A DNA stretch of 64,000 nt, taken from NCBI GenBank assembly GCA_963666215.2, contig CAXWPL010000005.1, forward strand, positions 544,001-608,000, in the 5' to 3' direction. This document shows positions 57,078-64,000 of this stretch, piece after piece; position 1 is the first letter of the stretch; each line of letters opens with the position of its first letter. Origin of the DNA: Acidobacteriota bacterium. Lineage in GTDB: Bacteria; Acidobacteriota; UBA890; WLXD01. A program made the translations under genes and the position numbers. Below the pieces are notes generated by a model. That model saw only the letters and a program-made list of their open reading frames with translations. It was not told the DNA's origin and ran no database searches.

Positions 57078-58421
57078 CTACTCGCGGTCGTCGGATTCGT
57101 CTGCCTCGTCGATCAACCCGCTCGACTCGGGCGCTGCAGACGCACCGCTCGGCAGCGTGCCGCCCAGATAGAGCGCTGCGTAGGGATTGTGCTCCTGCCA
57201 ATCGAACCAGAAGTCCTTGATCGCCGGCACCCGCGCCAGCTCGCGCCCGGCGTGCGGGCCCGTGATCGCCCGCCCGTCGAAACCCCACTCGCTGCCGGTT
57301 TGGGTGTCGACCAGTACCAGCCCCTCGGCCTCCGGCTTGGCGTAGAGATCCAGAGCAACGCCGTCGACGCGGCGATCGAAGCCGCGGATGGAGTTGCCGT
57401 CGGGCGCGATCATCAGAAGTAGCGGCGTGTCACCTAGCTGGTCAGATATCGGACTCTGCTGGCGTAGCGTCTCCACCGGATACGCCTTGGCGCGGTTGCC
57501 GATCGTCACACCAACCACCAAGGCGCGACGCTCGAGCGGGCCATCATCGCTGCCGATCGGCACGGGAAGCTCGGCGATCTCCTCCTCCCAGTCGTCCTCG
57601 GCGTACTGCTCGGCGTACTCGGCGTCGGGCAGCAGCACCCAGGTGCCAGGATTCTCCGCACCCCAGATCTCGAGGCTGACCTCGTCGAACGGCACCATCT
57701 CGAGTCGCGCTCCCCGCAACGGGCCCAGCAACGCCTCGCCTGTGACCTGCTGCCACCAGGTGCCGGTCTGCTCGTCGGCCATGATGAAGTTCTGGTTGTT
57801 GATGCCCACCAGGCGGAAGGTGAGCCGCTGCCCGTTGACGACCGAAGACCACACCAGACCGGTGTGGCAGAGCGTTCAATAGGTTGCGACAAGCGGAACG
57901 CCGTCAACCTCGTCGTTCACCAGATGGTGGTAGGCAAGTTGCGGCACCGGATAAGCCTTGGCCACGCCGCCGTGGCGGACGCCGAGCACCATGTCATGAG
58001 GATCGACGTGGCCAACACCATCGGACGCATTCAGCGCATCGAGCGTTGCGAACCCGGGATCGGGCAGCGGCGCGAACATGCGCTCGAACAGGTTGGCGCG
58101 CGCCATGAAGCTCGCGGCGACGATTACGCCCAGCGGCACAACCATGGCTGTGCGGCTCCACTGTGATCGCGACGCGCGGAAGAACCGGAAAGTCGCGAAA
58201 GCAACCACCACGAGACAGACGAGAGTGATCCACCCTGCAGCCTGGCGCAGGCGATACGCGCGCGCGAGGTCGCCTGCCGACTGCTCCGAAAACGGGTTCA
58301 GGAGCAGCTGCGGCGCCGCGACAACGGCCACACACATCAACGCCAACAGAATCGCGACGGCTACATAGGTTCGGTTCACGAGCGGCTCCGAAGGCTTAGT
58401 GAAAACGACGGGTCCGAACAC
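57078..58421 (-). CDS. DUF3179-family selenoprotein (in-frame UGA = Sec, UxxC)
   Basis: The two ORF-track pieces are in frame: HHLVNDEVDGVPLVATY-TGA(57876-57878)-TLCHTGLVW...DEQTGTWWQQVTGEALLGPL...DTQTGSEW. N-terminal TM helices. Start may be GTG 58379. Confidence 0.88.
57849..57867 (-). promoter_or_regulatory. Bacterial SECIS-like hairpin
   Basis: mRNA: UGA-ACGCUCUG-CCACACC-GGUCU-GGUGUGG; 7-bp stem with a G-initiated loop starting 16 nt after the UGA. Confidence 0.8.
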
Positions 58422-58482
58422 CGAGCATCCACGCCTGGCGATCTCAGCGCAAGACTGTCGGTTCTACGACTAACATCGGGGG

Positions 58483-59643
58483 TTGACGGTTCCTGGTCGT
58501 CAGCAGGCTGTCTGCCGTCCTCGGAAGAAACAATTGAGAATCAACGCCGCACAAGCACGATGGTTTCGGCTACGACGGTCGGGGTTGGTCGAGCCGTTCT
58601 CGAGCCCCGAGGAAACGGCCAGCAGGCTCCTCGGCGTTCAGGCTCAGATGCCCTCGGCGGCTCAGCTGGCGTTCTGGAACCGCACTGCCGAGTGCAGCGT
58701 CAACGACCTCGAGACTTCGCGTCTCGAAAGCCGCAGCCTCGTGCGGTTCTGGGATCAGCGCAACACCGTGCACATGTACGCCACGACCGACTGGCCCTTC
58801 CTGCACTCCGCGTTCGAGCAACGCCAATCGCTGCTGCAGAAGAAATTCGCCGCAGCCGGTCTGCTCGGGGAGTTCCGGCGGACCGTGGGTCGGACCGCCA
58901 AGCGTCTCGCCGATGGCCAGGTGCTCACGTACAAGGACATCAACTCGAAGAGACTGCAGGAAGGCCAGGACAAGTGGGTTGTCTCCTATGTGATCTTCAT
59001 GCAGCTGGTGCGCGAAGGTGTTGCCTGCCACGGACCCGATCTCGGCAACCAGTCCACGTTCGCGCACCGCGAGCACTGGCTACCCGACTTGGCGTGGTCA
59101 CCGCCCGGCGCCGACGCGGTATTCCCTCTGCTAGCCGAGCGCTATTTCGCCACCTACGGCCCCGCCGAGGCGCGCGACCTGGCGTTTTGGTACGGGACCG
59201 GCGTCAACCAGGCCAAAACCTGGATTGCAGCTGTCGGCAAGCAACTGACAACGATCGAGGTCGACGGAGAACCTCGGTGGTGCCGCCGAGCCGACCTCGA
59301 GCAGCTCTCCGAGCCTCCGCCATCGCGTGGCGCCTGGCCAGTTCGCTTGCTGGGCCGGTTCGACGTGTTGCTGCTTGCCACCAAGGACAAGTCGTGGCTC
59401 ATCGACGAGGAGCACTACAAGAAAGTGTGGCGCCCCGCCGCGCACGTCGAAGCCGTGCTGCTCGTGGCTGGCCGCATCGCGGGGACGTGGAGCTACGAGC
59501 GCAAGGCCGCCGGTCTACGGGTGCGGCTGACGGCGTTTGCGCGGCTACCCAAAACGGTTATCCGAGCCGCCGAGCGCCAGGCGACCGCGATTGCCCAGTT
59601 CCAGGGCACGGAGTTGGCTGATCTCCGGCTCGACCAGCCGTAG
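58483..59643 (+). CDS. AlkZ/YcaQ-like winged-helix (HTH_42) DNA glycosylase family protein
   Basis: LLGVQAQ (QxQ), R.T.H, RYFATYGPA...DLAFW.G, LLGRFD, GRIAGTW. Start possibly TTG 58534. Confidence 0.82.
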   Translation: MTVPGRQQAVCRPRKKQLRINAAQARWFRLRRSGLVEPFSSPEETASRLLGVQAQMPSAAQLAFWNRTAECSVNDLETSRLESRSLVRFWDQRNTVHMYATTDWPFLHSAFEQRQSLLQKKFAAAGLLGEFRRTVGRTAKRLADGQVLTYKDINSKRLQEGQDKWVVSYVIFMQLVREGVACHGPDLGNQSTFAHREHWLPDLAWSPPGADAVFPLLAERYFATYGPAEARDLAFWYGTGVNQAKTWIAAVGKQLTTIEVDGEPRWCRRADLEQLSEPPPSRGAWPVRLLGRFDVLLLATKDKSWLIDEEHYKKVWRPAAHVEAVLLVAGRIAGTWSYERKAAGLRVRLTAFARLPKTVIRAAERQATAIAQFQGTELADLRLDQP

Positions 59644-59677
59644 CCATCATTGACCGAACGTGTTGATTACAAAGTAC

Positions 59678-60123
59678 TTATTCTTCGTTAATGACGAGCG
59701 TGTAGCCGCTATGTAGCCAAGGCCCGTGGAACCGGCCATCCACGCGACCCTCTTCCATCACGCGGTCAGGCTCGTCGCCGAGCTGCTCCGCCTCCAGAGC
59801 CAACCGATCGACGGACTCTCGGATACGCGCTCGCTTCTCCCTCGCGGTTAGCCTTCGCGGCCCCTCAGCAATGCGGCTCCCGCCACCGCTGCGGGTGACG
59901 ATCAGACCTTCCTCTCGCAACAGGCCGTAGGCTTTCGCCGCTGTGTTGCGATTGATCCGGAGGTCAGCAGCGAGCTGCCGCACCGTCGGCAGGCGGTCAC
60001 CCGGCTGAGCACACCACTGGAGACCATCACTCGAATCTGGGCTACGAGCTGATCGGAGATCGGAGTGCCGTCGTCTCGATCGACGCGGAGGACACGCACA
60101 GGTGATGCAGGGTCGGCAACCAA
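59678..60123 (-). pseudogene. GntR (YtrA-like) regulator, frameshifted
   Basis: PISDQLVAQIR...GVL in one frame continues as PGDRLPTVRQLAADLRINRNTAAKAY in another; 1-nt loss near 60005. Confidence 0.78.
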
Positions 60124-60391
60124 TTTGGGTGTCCTCCGCTCAACGGCCAGGGTGCCTGGAGCGCTGGCCAACAATTCTCGTCAGCTAATCGCCCTGGACA
60201 ACGTTAGTCGATTGGGCGATAAACGGCCGAGACCGTGCACGTCAGGGTTCTGCCCATGCCTCAGGCCGCCGGCAAGGTGTTGAGCGCGGCACCCCGTCGT
60301 CCGTCCGTGGGGAAGTTCTTGGCCCCGTTGATCCGGCCCACCTGAGCCAAATACGCTAGCGGCGCACTTCTCCCGACAGGAAGCCATCACA

Positions 60392-63073
60392 GTGGTCGGC
60401 AAAACTCTAGGTCATTACGAGATCCTCGAACCGCTCGGTGCGGGCGGTATGGGCGAGGTGTATCGGGCGCGGGACACGACGCTGAAGCGCGAGGTGGCGA
60501 TCAAGGTTCTGCCCGAGGAACTGAGCGCCGACCCGGACCGCCTCGCAAGGCTGGAGCGGGAGGCCCACCTGCTGGCGGCGCTGAACCACCCCAACATCGC
60601 CACCATCCACGCCCTCGAAGAAGACCAGGGGGCACGCTTCCTCGTACTCGAACTGGTGAAAGGTGAATCGTTAGAACAGAAACTGGCCACGGGACCGTTG
60701 CCCGTCGAGAAAGCGCTCGATGTCTGCAAGCAAATCGCCGAGGCGCTGGAGGCTGCACACGGTGAGGGGATCATCCATCGGGATCTGAAGCCAGCGAACG
60801 TGCTGGTTACACCGGACGGGCGCGCCAAAGTACTCGACTTCGGCATCGCCAAGAGCACGAAGGTAGGCGTTGAAGTTGCCGAAACCGCAAAAGCGACAGA
60901 TTTGACCCTGGCGGGAACGTTGGTGGGGACGCCGCCCTACATGAGTCCCGAGCAAGTGCGTGGCGAGTCAATCGACAAGCGCGCCGACATCTGGGCGTTC
61001 GGCTGCGTCCTGTACGAGATGCTGACCGGCAGGAGTGCGTTTGCGAAGGAGACGATGGCCGACACCCTCGCGGCAATCGTTGATCAGGACCCGGATTGGA
61101 ACGCCCTCCCCAATGAGATACCGCGTCAGGTTCGTCATCTCATCAAGAGGTGTTTACGGAAGGACTCCCAGCGCCGCCTCCGCGACATCGCCGATGCCCG
61201 GATCGAGATCGAGGACTCGCTCAGTGGGGACACAGACGCTGTGTCCGCGATGCTGGCTGCCCCCGCCGTCGTGGAAACGACTCGCGCCATCCCCTGGAAG
61301 CTGGCAGCCCTGATGGCCGTGGCCAGCGCCCTTCTGGCAGCGTTCGGAGTCTGGATCACGAGCCCGTCGCCGCCAGAGTCCCTCATTCGCCGCTTCTACA
61401 TCGACTATCCACCGGAAACTACCTTCCAGGCCGCTGCCACCCTGGGCGTTGCGATCTCACCCGATGGCAGGTCGGTGGTATTCAACGCCAACCGGCGGCT
61501 TTGGCTCCGAGCGATTGACGATCTGGTAGCCGCACCCATCCGTGGCACAGAGCAAGCGAGCGTGCCGTTCTTTTCACCCGATGGCCAACAACTCGGCTTT
61601 TGGGGAGGCGACGGCCAGATGAAGAGCGTTTCGATCACCGGCGGTACGCCGGTGTCGCTGGGGCCAGCGCCGGAGCGAGCCTTCGGGGCGAGCTGGGCAG
61701 ATGACGGCTACATCTACTTCGGGCAGGGTGCAGGAGGGATCTTGCGTGTCTCGGAGAACGGCGGTGACCCACAGGTAGTCGTTCAGATGGAAGAAGGCGA
61801 GCAAGCCCACGGCCCACAACTTCTTCCCCGTTCCGAGTGGTTGCTGTTTACGCTGTTGACCGGCTCCGGCTCGTGGAACGCTGCGAGCATTGTTGCGCAG
61901 CCGGTGTCCGGCGGCGAGCCCAAGCTGCTGGTGGCCGGAGGGACCGATGGCCGCTACGTGCCCACCGGCCACATCGTCTATTCCCTCGAAGGCAACCTTT
62001 TTGCGGTGCCCTTCGACGCTGACAGCATAGAGGTTACCGGAGCACCGGTATCCATCGTTGAGGGAATCCAACAAGCGTTTGGTGGCGTCACGGGAGCAAG
62101 CCAGTTCGCGTTTTCGGATCGCGGTGGGTTGGTGTACATGCCGGGTGGTGGCGCTTCGGGCGCTTTCCAACTCGTCTGGGTGGATCGTGACGGCCAAGTC
62201 GGGCTGCTGCCCTTCGAGCCGCGTTCGTCTCAGAACTTGGCCCTCTCGCCGGATGGGCAGCGCATCGCGCTGCAAATCCAGGGAGATGATGGGGAGTCGG
62301 ACATCTGGATCTACGAGGTCGAACGAGGAGGCAGCCAGGTGCTGCTGACCACGGAGGGCAACAACCAATATCCCGTTTGGTCGCCCGATGGAGAGTGGGT
62401 TTTCTTCACGTCAAATCGGAGTGGCAATTACGACATCTGGAAGCGGCGGGCTGACCGAAGTCTCGACGCCGAGCAGGTGTTGACTACAGCGGCTGACGAC
62501 GTGCGGCCGTCGTCGATCTCGGCGGACGGAGAGAGGCTGCTGTTTGACAGCGGGTTATTCCCGAATCGCGACGTGGGGATGCTGGCTCTCGATACAGATC
62601 AGGAGCCGGAAATGCTCGTCGCTACCGCCGCCGATGAGTTACAGGGCAGTTTCTCGTCGGACGGTCGCTTCTTCGCCTTTGAATCGAACGAGACCGGGCA
62701 AAGGGAGGTGATGGTGCGGGAGTTGTCGAACGGTCGGACATTTCCGGTCTCTACGAGTACCCGTGGTGGTGTTGGCCCTCGCTGGTCGCGGGATGGAACG
62801 GAGATTTACTACCGGTCCCGAATAGGCTCAGGCATCCTCGTTGCGGAAGTGGCGATGGAGCCGTTTTCCGCATCCGACCCTCTCGAACTCTTGGCCATCA
62901 TCCACCGTTCCGGTGTCCACTTCGATGTCACCGCTGATGGACAGAGGTTCCTGGTGACGGTGCCCACTGGTGGTGGCGATGCTGGGAACACAGCGCCCGC
63001 CGCACGACTCAACGTCATCCTCAACTGGTTCGAGGAGTTGAAGCGGCTGGTTCCGACAAGCGGCTCTCAATGA
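60392..63073 (+). CDS. Ser/Thr protein kinase with TolB/PD40 propeller domains
   Basis: LGAGGMGEVY, HRDLKPAN, DFG, GTPPYMSPEQ; TM helix; repeated SPDG blades; LNWFEEL C-terminus. Confidence 0.94.
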   Translation: MVGKTLGHYEILEPLGAGGMGEVYRARDTTLKREVAIKVLPEELSADPDRLARLEREAHLLAALNHPNIATIHALEEDQGARFLVLELVKGESLEQKLATGPLPVEKALDVCKQIAEALEAAHGEGIIHRDLKPANVLVTPDGRAKVLDFGIAKSTKVGVEVAETAKATDLTLAGTLVGTPPYMSPEQVRGESIDKRADIWAFGCVLYEMLTGRSAFAKETMADTLAAIVDQDPDWNALPNEIPRQVRHLIKRCLRKDSQRRLRDIADARIEIEDSLSGDTDAVSAMLAAPAVVETTRAIPWKLAALMAVASALLAAFGVWITSPSPPESLIRRFYIDYPPETTFQAAATLGVAISPDGRSVVFNANRRLWLRAIDDLVAAPIRGTEQASVPFFSPDGQQLGFWGGDGQMKSVSITGGTPVSLGPAPERAFGASWADDGYIYFGQGAGGILRVSENGGDPQVVVQMEEGEQAHGPQLLPRSEWLLFTLLTGSGSWNAASIVAQPVSGGEPKLLVAGGTDGRYVPTGHIVYSLEGNLFAVPFDADSIEVTGAPVSIVEGIQQAFGGVTGASQFAFSDRGGLVYMPGGGASGAFQLVWVDRDGQVGLLPFEPRSSQNLALSPDGQRIALQIQGDDGESDIWIYEVERGGSQVLLTTEGNNQYPVWSPDGEWVFFTSNRSGNYDIWKRRADRSLDAEQVLTTAADDVRPSSISADGERLLFDSGLFPNRDVGMLALDTDQEPEMLVATAADELQGSFSSDGRFFAFESNETGQREVMVRELSNGRTFPVSTSTRGGVGPRWSRDGTEIYYRSRIGSGILVAEVAMEPFSASDPLELLAIIHRSGVHFDVTADGQRFLVTVPTGGGDAGNTAPAARLNVILNWFEELKRLVPTSGSQ

Positions 63074-64000
63074 TCGGCACCTCACTCGGCCCCTACAAGA
63101 TCATCGAGCAGATCGGCGCTGGCGGCATGGGCGAGGTGTACCTCGGCGAGGACACCCGCCTGGGTCGCAAGGTGGCGATCAAGGTGCTGCCGGAGAAGTA
63201 CGCCAGCGACCCGGAGCGGCTGGCCCGGTTCGAGCAGGAAGCCCGCGCTGCCGCTGCTCTGAATCACCCCCACATCGCCGTCGTTCACGACATCGGCACC
63301 GAGGGCGACACCCACTTCATGGTGCAGGAGTACTTGGAGGGGCAGAGCCTGCGGGAGCGGCTCGAAAAGGGGGCGTTGCCACTCGACAAGGCACTGGATC
63401 TGTCTATCGAGGTCGGCGAGGCGCTCATCGCCGCCCACAAGGCCGGGATCATCCACCGCGACCTGAAGCCCGACAACATCTTCGTGACCGAGGAGGGGCA
63501 CGCGAAGGTGTTGGACTTCGGGCTTGCCAAGCTCACCGAGATGGCCGCACCCGTCGGTAGCTCCGCCACGATGTCGCCGACAATGCTCGGAACGGTGGCC
63601 GGGCAAGTGATGGGCACCGCCGGGTACATGGCCCCGGAGCAGGTCAACGGCGAAGAAGTGGATCAGCGGGCCGATCTGTTCGCATTTGGGAGCGTGCTCT
63701 ACGAGACGATCACCGGCAGGCAGGCATTCGCGGGCAAGAGCATCCCTGACACGCTCTCGCGGATTCTCCACGATGAGCCAGGACTGCTTGTCGAGGTGGA
63801 CGAGTCGTTGCCATTCGAGTTGCAGCGGATCATCAAGAAGTCTCTGGCGAAGGAACGGGCGAAGCGTTACCAAGCGGCAGGTGAGCTGGTCATCGACTTG
63901 CAGGCGCTCGGAGCCGATGTCGAGTCGGGCACGGCCATGCCGCTTGGCGGCCAGCAGCTTGTCGCTCCGGGCGCCGTTGAAACGACTCGCACCAACCCTT
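63070..64000 (+). CDS. Ser/Thr protein kinase (3' end runs off the window)
   Basis: Not in the ORF track. ATG 63070 overlaps the upstream TGA: MIGTSLGPYKIIEQIGAGGMGEVY...HRDLKPDN...DFG...GTAGYMAPEQ. Confidence 0.93.
   Translation, partial: MIGTSLGPYKIIEQIGAGGMGEVYLGEDTRLGRKVAIKVLPEKYASDPERLARFEQEARAAAALNHPHIAVVHDIGTEGDTHFMVQEYLEGQSLRERLEKGALPLDKALDLSIEVGEALIAAHKAGIIHRDLKPDNIFVTEEGHAKVLDFGLAKLTEMAAPVGSSATMSPTMLGTVAGQVMGTAGYMAPEQVNGEEVDQRADLFAFGSVLYETITGRQAFAGKSIPDTLSRILHDEPGLLVEVDESLPFELQRIIKKSLAKERAKRYQAAGELVIDLQALGADVESGTAMPLGGQQLVAPGAVETTRTNP

Overview
High-GC bacterial chromosomal segment. PadR/ADOP permease pairs, TolB- and TPR-type Ser/Thr kinases, PQQ-like propellers and 6-bladed propellers suggest Acidobacteriota or a similar lineage (inference). 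It holds about 50 genes: TerC, a UvrD helicase, a cis-prenyltransferase, Ino1, type IV pilin-like genes, two catabolic clusters (Rossmann/SDR/aminotransferase; TRAP/CoA-transferase/FAD oxidase), peptidases and kinases. It also carries two apparently identical IS481-family elements, one solo IS481-like end and three disrupted genes. I saw no rRNA, tRNA or CRISPR array. Four features are missing from or split in the ORF track. (1) A 50-aa secreted peptide (18444-18596, minus) with predicted mature part ARNCKAKCRGDLFCIANCR: twin CX3C, an RGD loop, cationic. It lies between a membrane-anchored CxxC thioredoxin and a strong terminator followed by a 6-bladed propeller lipoprotein, and is my best candidate for an undescribed system. 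(2) A DUF3179 selenoprotein split at an in-frame UGA (UxxC) with a bacterial SECIS-like hairpin. (3) Two tandem secreted paralogues of opposite charge, the first apparently starting at CTG. (4) A shared ATGTAG-N4/6-CTACAT dyad upstream of both padR genes. All calls come from reading the sequence by eye; no searches were run.
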